Source: Candidatus Bathyarchaeota archaeon UBA233
GTDB lineage: Archaea > Thermoproteota > Bathyarchaeia > Bathyarchaeales > UBA233
Direction: 5' to 3'
Assembly (NCBI GenBank): GCA_002507245.1
Contig: DAZI01000065.1
Span: forward strand, 1,949-65,948
Length of the DNA: 64,000 bases
Both the position numbers and the translations under genes were made by a program. Positions within the stretch are counted from its first letter, which is position 1, and every line of letters begins with the position of its first letter. This document shows, in pieces, positions 47,474 through 56,064 of the stretch. Below the pieces are notes generated by a model. That model worked only from the letters and a program-made list of their open reading frames with translations, was not told where the DNA came from and ran no database searches.

Positions 47474-47922
47474 CGTTCCAAATACGCTTCGACTCTAGGA
47501 AAAATCGATTTAACTCTTTCCCTGCGTTTTTTCCCATTTATACTATTGAAAAGTTTTGGAACCTCGTTAGGTTTACTGAATTTTTCAGTTTCACCTGTTG
47601 AGCGTTTCCTCTCTATGAATATGCAATCATCAACGATACATGCTAAAACGCAGGCACCGCAGTAAATGCACAGTTCCTCCGTTATTTTTACCTTGCCACG
47701 CTGCCAATACAAGGCGTTAGTTGGACAAATGTCTATACACAGTTTGCATTCAAGACCACGACAAACCTTAGAATCGATTCTTATAGAGCCCTCTACGAAA
47801 AACTCCTTTACTCCTAATTGCTTTAACAAGCCAGCACGCTTTTTCTTCTCTTCTTTTTTGGAAGTTTCAAGAAGCATGCTGAAAATATCAGAAGATGAGT
47901 TGTCTCTAGCTTTTTTCGCCAT
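47452..47922 (-). CDS. 2x[4Fe-4S] ferredoxin-domain protein
   Basis: CRGLECKLCIDICP and CIYCGACVLAC. Convergent with cdhE; the 3' ends overlap by 22 nt. Confidence 0.6.
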   Translation of the reverse strand: MAKKARDNSSSDIFSMLLETSKKEEKKKRAGLLKQLGVKEFFVEGSIRIDSKVCRGLECKLCIDICPTNALYWQRGKVKITEELCIYCGACVLACIVDDCIFIERKRSTGETEKFSKPNEVPKLFNSINGKKRRERVKSIFPRVEAYLERYLLHFS

Positions 47923-48031
47923 CCCTGCTAAGCCTCAACATTAAAGGTTTTCCGTAGGATTTGTATAACAATGATGAATCGCAACTATTTATTTCCACTC
48001 ATAATTAATGTTTTAGAAGCACGGGATTGAA

Positions 48032-48919
48032 GTGGCGAAGTATCTGCTTAGACCAGTTACAACCAAATACTGGAAACCGAGAGAAAACTTTCTAAAAGAA
48101 ATAGCAGTAGCTGTAGAAAACCTAGTTGAAGACGGTGACTTTATGACGGTTTCTGAAAAGGCCTTATCAACAGCTCTTGGCAATATTGTAAATGAGGAAC
48201 ACGTAAAGCCGGGGGTTTTAGCGCACCTTATTGCCAAATACTGGATGCGAATTGCTTGGGGCTACTTCCTTGGAATTATGTGTCATCTCTATAAACGAAC
48301 GGTTCAGAGGCTGCGGGAATACCCCATCGTGGAAGGAAGCCGTCACAAACAAGTTGCCCTACACCACGCAGGTTTCCTCTCAGCTTTAATGCATGGATCC
48401 GAAGGCGGAATAGATGGAAGCAACCTACCCTACTCCTACGTTAGCCTACCTCTCCCAAACGCCCAAAAAACAGCAGAAAAAATTCGCAGTTACATCAAAC
48501 GAAAAACTGGGAAAAATATCTGCGTAATAATTGTAGACACGGATAAAACCTACTCCTTCCTAAACTTTCACTTTACTCCTCGTCCAACATCAGTTAAAGG
48601 CATTCACTTGTTCGGTGGAGTAATAGCCTATCTTGTTGGAAGGTTTCTACGTTTAAAGCGAAGAGCTACCCCAATAGCCGTGGCTGGTTGCCAATTAGAT
48701 GCTGAGGAAGCCTTGCATATTGCTGAAATCTCCAACAGGGCTCGTGGAGTCGGGGCTGGAGAAACTGTTTGGGATATGGCTGACAAGTTCGAGGTTGAGC
48801 TTACGGGGGTTTCTTGGGAAATGCTTGAAAAGGTAAAGCATAAACCTTTAGTCGTCGTTAGAAGGAAGAAAGGTGGACAGATTGAAAAACCTTGTTCAGC
48901 AAATGGATATTTTCTTTAA
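48032..48919 (+). CDS. second CofE-family (F420-0:gamma-glutamyl ligase fold) homologue, divergent
   Basis: DGDFMTVSEKALSTALGNIV, GGIDGSNLP, PLPNAQKTAEKIRSYI and ICVIIVDTDKTY follow the CofE motif order, with an inserted hydrophobic segment. GTG start. Confidence 0.55.
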   Translation: MAKYLLRPVTTKYWKPRENFLKEIAVAVENLVEDGDFMTVSEKALSTALGNIVNEEHVKPGVLAHLIAKYWMRIAWGYFLGIMCHLYKRTVQRLREYPIVEGSRHKQVALHHAGFLSALMHGSEGGIDGSNLPYSYVSLPLPNAQKTAEKIRSYIKRKTGKNICVIIVDTDKTYSFLNFHFTPRPTSVKGIHLFGGVIAYLVGRFLRLKRRATPIAVAGCQLDAEEALHIAEISNRARGVGAGETVWDMADKFEVELTGVSWEMLEKVKHKPLVVVRRKKGGQIEKPCSANGYFL

Positions 48920-50372
48920 TCCCCGCTCGGTGGCCATTGTAGGTGCTTCTCGAAAAGTTAACAAAGCGGGACATGTTATTTTCAAAAATTTTGTAATAAA
49001 CAAGCAACGGAACGTGTTTAAAGGTGAATTATACCCAGTTAACCCAAGCGAAGAACAAATTCTAGGTTTCAAGTGTTATCCGTCCATAGAAAAGATTCCA
49101 GGCGAATTAGACTTAGTAGTAATAGTAATTCCAGCTAAGCATGTGCCAAAAATCATGCAGGAAGCTACAATAAAACATGTAAAGTCCGTGGTAATCATAA
49201 CCGCAGGCTTCAGTGAAATCGGAAATCACCTACTTGAAGAGAAGATAACTGAGATAGCTAAAAAAGCCGGAATACGCGTCTTAGGCCCCAACTGCTTAGG
49301 CGTCTATGACTCAGAAACAGGCGTCGACATGCTCTTTCTACCTGAAACAAAAATTCTCTCCACAGGCGAAGAAGTTGTTGCAACCCCCCGCCCGTTGCCT
49401 GGCAGTCTCGCCATAGTAACCCAAAGTGGAGCCTTTGGAGCAGCAGCCCTCGACTACCTAACTGGCCGTCAGATGGGAGTAAGCAAATTTGTAAGCTTCG
49501 GAAATAAATGTGATGTAAACGAAGCAGAAATGCTCTACTACCTCTTGCACGACGAGAAAACCAAAGTCATAATGCTTTACGTAGAAGAAATCAGCAATGG
49601 AAGAGAATTCATCAGGATTGCAAAAGAAGTCACAAAAATAAAGCCCATCGTTGCGTTGAAATCGGGAAGAACCGAAGCTGGAGCCAGAGCAGCAGCCTCC
49701 CACACTGGAGCAATAGCTGGATCTGACCAAATCTATGACGCAGCCTTTACCCAGGCTGGAATAATACGCGCTGATAATATGGAAGAGTTTTTCGACATAG
49801 GCAAAGCCCTAGCCATGCAACCGCCAGCAGAAGGAAAAAACATAGCTATAGTCACAGACGCTGGCGGGCCAGGCATAATGGCCGTAGACGAATGTGAAAG
49901 ACGTGGGCTATCAGTCAAAAAGTTCTCTGACATGCTAATTCAGAAGTTTGAACAATTGAAAACGGAAGGAAAAATCCCTCGATTCGCGACCAACCTTAAC
50001 CCGGTCGACCTAACTGGGTCAGCACGTTCAGAAATGTTTGAAACCGCTGTTAAGATTCTCCTCGAAGCATCAGAAGTTTACGGAATTATAGTTTTAGGGT
50101 TACACCACACTCCTGAGCTTCAAGGAGATTTTGTGGACCGTGTAGCAAAAATTGCAATAGGTTATCGTAAACCTGTTGTTGCATGTGACATCGGAGAAAC
50201 AGAGATGGCGCTATACATCCGTTCCCGTTTCGAAAAATTTGGAATACCCGCTTATGGTTCGCCAGAGGACGCCGCCGTAGCCATGTATGCGCTTGTTAAG
50301 TATGGCGCCTATCTCAAAAAGAGCAAAAACTTCGAAATATATATGGACGAATTCTTAAAGAGAAGAAAATAA
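48903..50372 (+). CDS. acdA: acetate--CoA ligase (ADP-forming), alpha subunit type
   Basis: MDIFFNPRSVAIVGASRKVNKAGHVIF, VIITAGFSE, GPNCLG, SQSGA and KSGRTEAGARAAASHTGAIAGS (phosphohistidine loop). Start at ATG 48903; the ORF track begins at 48873. Confidence 0.85.
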   Translation: MDIFFNPRSVAIVGASRKVNKAGHVIFKNFVINKQRNVFKGELYPVNPSEEQILGFKCYPSIEKIPGELDLVVIVIPAKHVPKIMQEATIKHVKSVVIITAGFSEIGNHLLEEKITEIAKKAGIRVLGPNCLGVYDSETGVDMLFLPETKILSTGEEVVATPRPLPGSLAIVTQSGAFGAAALDYLTGRQMGVSKFVSFGNKCDVNEAEMLYYLLHDEKTKVIMLYVEEISNGREFIRIAKEVTKIKPIVALKSGRTEAGARAAASHTGAIAGSDQIYDAAFTQAGIIRADNMEEFFDIGKALAMQPPAEGKNIAIVTDAGGPGIMAVDECERRGLSVKKFSDMLIQKFEQLKTEGKIPRFATNLNPVDLTGSARSEMFETAVKILLEASEVYGIIVLGLHHTPELQGDFVDRVAKIAIGYRKPVVACDIGETEMALYIRSRFEKFGIPAYGSPEDAAVAMYALVKYGAYLKKSKNFEIYMDEFLKRRK

Positions 50373-50382
50373 TGTTTTCCTT

Positions 50383-50760
50383 TTATGACCTTTTTCGCTC
50401 TGCTTCCTTTAACCACTGCGCTACCTTTTTAAATGTGGGGTTCGGTGACATGTCAATCACTGGAACCATGATTTTCTCTCTTGTTTCAATTATTTTTTTA
50501 TAGTCTGGCAATAGAGCAAAACCTACAAAAGTCCAATAAACCTTCTTCTCTTCTACCAATGCCTTGGCTGCAGTTTCGGTTGTTGCTGGTAACGGGAAAT
50601 ATAGAAACAATATTCCATCAGTCCAGTATAAGCCTGTAGGTTTTCCTCCGGCTACTATGCTTGCAAATCGAGCTAAATCATCCGCGTTTTCGAACTTAAC
50701 AAATTCCCGAATAATGATCTCCTCAAAAGGCTCATATTGGATTTTAAGCTTTTTCACCAA
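50383..50760 (-). CDS. hypothetical protein
   Basis: 125-aa ORF. No motif recognised. Confidence 0.3.
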   Translation of the reverse strand: MVKKLKIQYEPFEEIIIREFVKFENADDLARFASIVAGGKPTGLYWTDGILFLYFPLPATTETAAKALVEEKKVYWTFVGFALLPDYKKIIETREKIMVPVIDMSPNPTFKKVAQWLKEAERKRS

Positions 50761-50859
50761 CTTTTCTCGCCCTCTTCTCTAATCATTTGCCCCTACTATT
50801 TAACTTTCACCATCTCACAGCCGGAAAGGGTTAAAAGCTCATGTCTAGTCTTGATAAGT

Positions 50860-50875
50860 TATACTAAGTATACTA
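50860..50875. repeat. TATACTA-AG-TATACTA direct repeat containing overlapping palindromes, 24-39 nt upstream of the ino1 start
   Basis: Read directly from the sequence. TATACT-A-AGTATA (50860-50872) and AGTATACT (50867-50874) are self-complementary. Confidence 0.5.
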
Positions 50876-50898
50876 GAGTACAATTGAGATGAAATAGA

Positions 50899-51984
50899 TT
50901 GAACGAAATCCGTGTAGCCATAGTAGGCGTAGGTAATTGTGCCTCCGCTTTAATTCAAGGAGTTGAATATTATAAGAACGTGCAGGAAACTGCTTCTGTT
51001 CCAGGGTTAATGCATGTGGTTTTTGGAAAGTACCATGTCCGCGACATAAAATTTGTTGCCGCTTTTGACGTTAATCAGAATAAGATTGGACGAGACCTGT
51101 CCGAGGCTATATTCGCCCAACCTAACAGCTGCGTCAAGTTTGCAGATGTCCCTCCATTAGGCGTAAAAGTTTCACCAAGCCCTATGTTAGATGGAGTAGC
51201 TTCCCACATGAAACAAGCCTTCCATGTTCATCAACTAGAAGAAAAAGACCTCGCTCTAGATAACATTGTGTCCGTATTGAAGGAAACACAGGCAGAAATA
51301 CTCGTTAACTACTTACCCGTTGGAAGTAAACAGGCAACCAGTTTTTACGCTCAAGCAGCATTAGAGGCTAACTGCGCATTCATTAACTGCATACCAGAAT
51401 TTATAGCCTCAAACCACGAATGGGACATAAAGTTCCAAAAAAAAGGCTTGCCATTAGCAGGAGATGACATAAAAAGCCAGTTAGGCGCGACAATACTACA
51501 CCGAAGTCTAGTAAAACTATGTAGCGATCGAGGAGTTAAAGTAGAAGAAACCTATCAGCTAAACTTAGGCGGCAACACCGACTTTTTAAACATGACAGTG
51601 GAAAATAGGCTACACACAAAACGAATCAGCAAAACTCAAGCCGTAACAAGTATGGTTGAGTATCCACTTCCAACCAGGATAGGGCCCTCAGACTACGTGC
51701 CATTCTTAGGCGACAAAAAAATCTGCTACATATTCCTTAAAGGAAGAAAATTCGGAAACCAGCCTGTAAATTTACTTGTGAAGCTTGAAGTAGAGGACTC
51801 TCCAAACAGCGCCGGGGTAGTCATCGACGTCATAAGAGCCGTGAAAATAGCTTTAGACCGAAAAATAGGCGGAGCTCTAATAAGCATATCGTCCTACGCT
51901 TTTAAGCATCCACCCATACAGATACCTGATAACACAGCAAGACAATGGGTAGAAGATTACATAAAAGGCAAAAGGAAAAGATAA
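50899..51984 (+). CDS. ino1: myo-inositol-1-phosphate synthase
   Basis: IRVAIVGVGNCASALIQGVEYYKN...VPGLMHV..G.YHVRDIKFVAAFDV... GDDIKSQLGATILHR ... SKTQAVTS closely follows the short (about 360 aa) MIPS family. Confidence 0.9.
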   Translation: MNEIRVAIVGVGNCASALIQGVEYYKNVQETASVPGLMHVVFGKYHVRDIKFVAAFDVNQNKIGRDLSEAIFAQPNSCVKFADVPPLGVKVSPSPMLDGVASHMKQAFHVHQLEEKDLALDNIVSVLKETQAEILVNYLPVGSKQATSFYAQAALEANCAFINCIPEFIASNHEWDIKFQKKGLPLAGDDIKSQLGATILHRSLVKLCSDRGVKVEETYQLNLGGNTDFLNMTVENRLHTKRISKTQAVTSMVEYPLPTRIGPSDYVPFLGDKKICYIFLKGRKFGNQPVNLLVKLEVEDSPNSAGVVIDVIRAVKIALDRKIGGALISISSYAFKHPPIQIPDNTARQWVEDYIKGKRKR

Positions 51985-51986
51985 AA

Positions 51987-52178
51987 TCAATTCTTTCTTT
52001 TCAAGTTAAAAATACGAAGCTTTTCAGAGGCATCACTTGCAGAAGATGCAAAAGCTACCTTGCGAGCTTTATCTAAAGTAATCCGTGTTCCACAGTAGGG
52101 GCAAAGACGTGTTTTACAGTTAATCATAGCCACCAATGCTCTACCGCAACGATAACAAACCACTATTGCATAGGCCAT
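51987..52178 (-). CDS. small zinc-ribbon protein (DUF1922-like)
   Basis: 63 aa. CYRCG...CPYCG four-Cys ribbon. Confidence 0.5.
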   Translation of the reverse strand: MAYAIVVCYRCGRALVAMINCKTRLCPYCGTRITLDKARKVAFASSASDASEKLRIFNLKRKN

Positions 52179-52206
52179 TAGCTACAGCTCCTTTTATCTA
52201 AGAAGT

Positions 52207-52538
52207 GGACGGTGGGTCCTGAAGCTCGACGCCTAGTATCCGCCAACCCAAAGCGTTCCCGTTGCTCATACCCGCACTCCCTTGAGCGCTAAACGTCCAA
52301 GCTTAGGTTGCTCCCTCCCGGGCCTGGCCAGGTTCACTTGGTGAACATGGTGGTCAGCCTCCCTACGAAGGCTGCCCCATGACCGTTAGCCCCAAGGGAC
52401 GGGTAGTCATTGTTTAAGGAACGCGGAGTTGACGGGCTTAGGCGCCTCACTTCAGCTTCAGCCCGTCCTGTAGAGGGTTTACGGTCGAGGCCGATGCCTC
52501 TCAGGGGACCCCTAGCCCCCCGCCTAGACCCACCGCCC
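52207..52538 (-). ncRNA. signal recognition particle RNA (7S/SRP RNA)
   Basis: GC-rich block of about 330 nt in AT-rich DNA. The ends pair (GGCGGTGGGTC / GACCCACCGTCC). The minus strand contains CCAGGCCCGGGAGGGAGCAACC (helix 8 with GGGA tetraloop) and GCGCTCAAGGGAGTGCGGG, as in archaeal SRP RNAs. ORF 52334-52540 inside it is spurious. Confidence 0.85.
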
Positions 52539-52561
52539 AAGATGATTGAGCGTTTTTAGGG

Positions 52562-52569
52562 TATAAAAG
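52562..52569 (-). promoter_or_regulatory. TATA box of the SRP RNA gene
   Basis: The minus strand reads CTTTTATA, centred about 26 nt upstream of the inferred SRP RNA 5' end (about 52538). Confidence 0.5.
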
Positions 52570-52719
52570 TTTAACAGTTTTATAGTTAGATGGTGAATGG
52601 AAAAATGTTACATAAGGTTTTTATTTTATTGTTTGCTGGTTGCTCTCGGGGATGCGGGTTGGATTATCCCTCCTCCTCTCCCGCTGAGGATTTTCTCCCG
52701 CTCCCTACCCTCTCTTCTT

Positions 52720-54141
52720 CTACTTCCGTTCTCTTTGCATAATTTCTTCTGCAACTATTATGCCTGAAACTGAGGCTTGAACAAGACCTCGCGTGATTCC
52801 GGCGCCATCACCTATGGTGAACAGGTTTCGTATTTTAGTTTCAAGGGAATTATTCAGTTGAAGCCTTGAAGAGTAGAATTTTACCTCTATGCCATATAGT
52901 AACGTGTCTTTGGAACGTATTCCCGGAGTTATTTTGTCTAATGCATATAGCATTTCCTTTATGTCTGTTAAGTATCGATAAGGCAACACAAAGCTTAGAT
53001 CTCCCGGAGTGGCGTTTTTTAAGGTAGGTTCTACAAGACTTCGAGCGATTCTTTCGGGTGTAGACCGTCTTCCAGCTTCGAAGTCGCCTAGCCTTTGAAT
53101 TATCACTCCGCCGCTTAATAGGTTTGAAAGCCTAGCCAGGTATTTGCCATAAGCTATGGGTTCCCGGAAAGGCTCAGTGAAAGAGGTGCTTACGAGTATG
53201 GCAAAGTTAGTGTTCCTGGTCTTTCTCTCTGCATAGCTCTGTCCGTTAACTGTTAAGATTCCGTTGTAGGATTCAGTTATTACCTCACCGTAAGGCGCAA
53301 CACAGAAGGTTCGAACTTGATCGTCAAAGGATTTCGAGTAGTAAATGAATTTTGGCTCGTACAACGCGTTGGTCAGATCTTCCATTACTGATGCTAAGAC
53401 TTCTACTCGTATTCCAACATCCACAGGATTGTTAAGCGTCTTTAACCCTAAAGCTTGGGCTTCCATCTTTAGCCATTCAGCTCCGCTCCTACCTGGAGCT
53501 ACAACTACATATTTCCCAAAAATTCTTTCCTTGCTGACTGTTTGTACACCTTCTACAAACCCGTTTTTGACTATTAAGCCTTCTACCTCTGTTTTCATTT
53601 TCACGTCTATTCTGTCTTTCAAATATTCCCGCATCTTTCGAAGAGTTTCAGCACATTTTTCCGTGCCCATATGCCTTATTTTTTGCGGAATCAGCTTTAA
53701 TCCGGCAAGGGATGCTCTTTTCTCAATGTCTTCAATCTCTTCGATATCTGTTCCATAAACATTTTCTGAAGCCCCAAACTCAAGATATATGCTGTCCACA
53801 TACTCTATGAGCTGTTTCAGCCTTTTTCCAGAAATGTATTCATTAAGCCATCCGCCCACTTCTGTAGACAACGTTAACTTTCCATCGCTGAAGGCCCCAG
53901 CTCCACCCCATCCAGAAAGCAGAGCGCACGGCTTACAATTCTTGCATCCTAACCCTCGACTAGCTGGACATTTGCGATCATCTATATCTGGGCCTTTCTC
54001 GATAACTGCTATTTTTAGATCAGTCTTCCTTGCAAGTTCGAGGGCGGAGAAGATTCCTGCTGGCCCAGCGCCTACTATGATGACGTCATACCTCAGCATA
54101 TTTTGTTCTTCCCGAGGCTTTAGAAAAAGGCTTGTCGCCAT
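52720..54141 (-). CDS. FAD-dependent oxidoreductase (COG2509-like)
   Basis: YDVIIVGAGPAGIFSALEL dinucleotide-binding motif and C-terminal IGDGAGITRG. Probable start at ATG 54099. Confidence 0.6.
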   Translation of the reverse strand: MATSLFLKPREEQNMLRYDVIIVGAGPAGIFSALELARKTDLKIAVIEKGPDIDDRKCPASRGLGCKNCKPCALLSGWGGAGAFSDGKLTLSTEVGGWLNEYISGKRLKQLIEYVDSIYLEFGASENVYGTDIEEIEDIEKRASLAGLKLIPQKIRHMGTEKCAETLRKMREYLKDRIDVKMKTEVEGLIVKNGFVEGVQTVSKERIFGKYVVVAPGRSGAEWLKMEAQALGLKTLNNPVDVGIRVEVLASVMEDLTNALYEPKFIYYSKSFDDQVRTFCVAPYGEVITESYNGILTVNGQSYAERKTRNTNFAILVSTSFTEPFREPIAYGKYLARLSNLLSGGVIIQRLGDFEAGRRSTPERIARSLVEPTLKNATPGDLSFVLPYRYLTDIKEMLYALDKITPGIRSKDTLLYGIEVKFYSSRLQLNNSLETKIRNLFTIGDGAGITRGLVQASVSGIIVAEEIMQRERK

Positions 54142-54266
54142 ATATGTTTTGTTATCTCAAGCTGTTCTAGATAAGGAATTAAGGTAGTCATTGTTAGGCT
54201 TTTATTAGGCGAATGCTTATTATGAAAGGTGGTGAGTTATCTTTTAACATTGGAGAGTGATGTGCC

Positions 54267-54791
54267 ATGCTTAGAGATTTTAACCTTTTGATTACAACGA
54301 CTCGTGGAAATGAAGATGAAGCCTGCTCAGAAATCTGGTATTTGTTAGGCGAAATAGGTGATAAAGCGCCAACCGTTGATAAAACAGGCATATCGGGATT
54401 GGTCGCTGCTAAAACAGCCTTTAATCCATTCGAAGTCATAGAAAAGTTCAGGGAAATTCTGAAACAGCGACCCTACGAGTTTCGTTACACGTTACGAGTT
54501 ATTCCCATAGAGCGAACCATCCGCACAGACCTAAACGAAATCAGACGCGTAGCAACGGAAATGGGTTCAAAAATAAAGGAAAACGAAAGCTTCCGGATAA
54601 CTGTCGAGAAAAGGTTTACCCAGCTCTCCTCTCGCGATATAATTGACGCGGCTGCAGCAAACATTGAAAGGAAGGTAAATTTGACTTCTCCAGATAAGAT
54701 TCTTCTTATTGAGGTAGTTGGCGGAGTAACAGGCATATCGGTGGTAAAACCAAACGATATTCTCTCAGTTAGTAAAGAAAAGTTCAGCTAA
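54267..54791 (+). CDS. THUMP-domain protein
   Basis: 174 aa. FNLLITTTRGNEDEACSEIWYLLGE...FRITVEKRF...LLIEVVGGVTGISVV matches the stand-alone archaeal THUMP pattern. Confidence 0.55.
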   Translation: MLRDFNLLITTTRGNEDEACSEIWYLLGEIGDKAPTVDKTGISGLVAAKTAFNPFEVIEKFREILKQRPYEFRYTLRVIPIERTIRTDLNEIRRVATEMGSKIKENESFRITVEKRFTQLSSRDIIDAAAANIERKVNLTSPDKILLIEVVGGVTGISVVKPNDILSVSKEKFS

Positions 54792-55357
54792 CGCTGTGTT
54801 GCCAAAAGCGCTACATGCTCAATAACCAGCTCAGTCAATGCCTCCTTCTCCGAACCTTTTCGCTTAGACAATGATTTCAACTCCTCATCCCCAATGTTAA
54901 ACGCCTGTCGAATACGGTTGAACTTTTCCTCATTGATTTCCAATACAGAGTCATCTTCTGAACCCAACAAAATTTCCGAAAGCATAGCTGCAGCTCCACG
55001 AATTTTCTCTTGCTCATCATCCACTATTACTATGGCTATTTCTGAAGTTTCCGGTCTTATTCCTAAAACTTGGAAGGCTCGTTTAATCTGCCTTTGTGCA
55101 GAAGCAAAAAGCAAAATTTCGATGGCTAAGCTGTTAGATATGTTTCTACTATTTTTGAAAGCAGTTAAGGCATTTAAAACAGCAAAAAAAAGGTGTTCCC
55201 ATCTCGCGATAAGCTTGGCATTCAAAAACTGCACAGTTGTACTTTTCATCTTCTCTCTAACGTCTTGAAGGAACAGTTCCACATTTTCAATTCTTACGTT
55301 CTTGTAACCACCTATGCCCACATACTTCCCATACTCCACTAGTTTTTCAATTCTCAA
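54788..55357 (-). CDS. cgi121: KEOPS complex subunit Cgi121
   Basis: VQFLNAKLIARWEHLFFAVLNALTAFKNSRNISNSLAIEILLFASAQRQIKRAFQVLGI matches my recollection of the Cgi121 core. Confidence 0.6.
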   Translation of the reverse strand: MRIEKLVEYGKYVGIGGYKNVRIENVELFLQDVREKMKSTTVQFLNAKLIARWEHLFFAVLNALTAFKNSRNISNSLAIEILLFASAQRQIKRAFQVLGIRPETSEIAIVIVDDEQEKIRGAAAMLSEILLGSEDDSVLEINEEKFNRIRQAFNIGDEELKSLSKRKGSEKEALTELVIEHVALLATQR

Positions 55358-55954
55358 CTAGTTTTTCTCCATTATTTCTCGCAAAAATCTTTCAATGAGA
55401 TCAGGGTTCAACCCAGCCTCTACAAGTTTCCCTTTCTCTTCTTCGAAGGACCTTCCTTCCCGTCTGCATTTTTCCACAAGTTTTCTTATTGTTTCCTTTA
55501 TCTCCCACGGAAAAACTATCCAATGTGATGTCTCTTTCTCATAGTAATCTGGAATGATAAGGCTCCAAGGCTTATAATAAATGGTTGCGACCTTAACCTG
55601 TAAGGCCCCCCTTTCCATTAAATGTTCCTTCACTAAACGTAGGCTTTTACCCGTATCCGCCACCTCATCAACGACAAGAACCTTTTTCCCCCTAACAGAG
55701 GTAGAAACGGGCTGCGTAATCACAGGTTCCCCCTTCGTTTCACCTACTCCAAGGTAAAACTCTGCCTTAACGTTAGCCAGTTCAGCGTTTTCTAAAAGAT
55801 CAGATATCACTCGTGCCGGAGGCCACCCGCCACGGCAGACGCCTACAATAACGTCAGGCTCGAAACCGTCAGTTGTTATTTTTTCCGCTATCTCCAGTAG
55901 CATCATGTAGATTTGCTCCCAACTTGGAACCTCAAAACCAAGCTGTTCACTCAT
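55358..55954 (-). CDS. purine phosphoribosyltransferase family protein
   Basis: PRPP-binding motif KKVLVVDEVADTGKSL. Confidence 0.7.
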   Translation of the reverse strand: MSEQLGFEVPSWEQIYMMLLEIAEKITTDGFEPDVIVGVCRGGWPPARVISDLLENAELANVKAEFYLGVGETKGEPVITQPVSTSVRGKKVLVVDEVADTGKSLRLVKEHLMERGALQVKVATIYYKPWSLIIPDYYEKETSHWIVFPWEIKETIRKLVEKCRREGRSFEEEKGKLVEAGLNPDLIERFLREIMEKN

Positions 55955-56064
55955 CTTTTAGACCCATCCAAACTCACTTTGAACAAATAAACGCTTAAAA
56001 CATTTTTGTAAACTTTTTCAATGAAAAAGTTAAATTAAAACTCGGAAGATGGAGTGAAAAACCT

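Noticed and set aside
47971-48031. Possible C/D-box sRNA: a perfect C box ATGATGA at 47971-47977 in the spacer before the CofE-like gene
   Set aside because: No D box (CTGA) or C'/D' boxes occur within the next 70 nt on that strand, so the minimal C/D architecture is absent.
52334-52540. 68-aa Gly/Arg-rich ORF on the minus strand
   Set aside because: It lies entirely inside the SRP RNA. Its composition reflects the GC-rich RNA helices.
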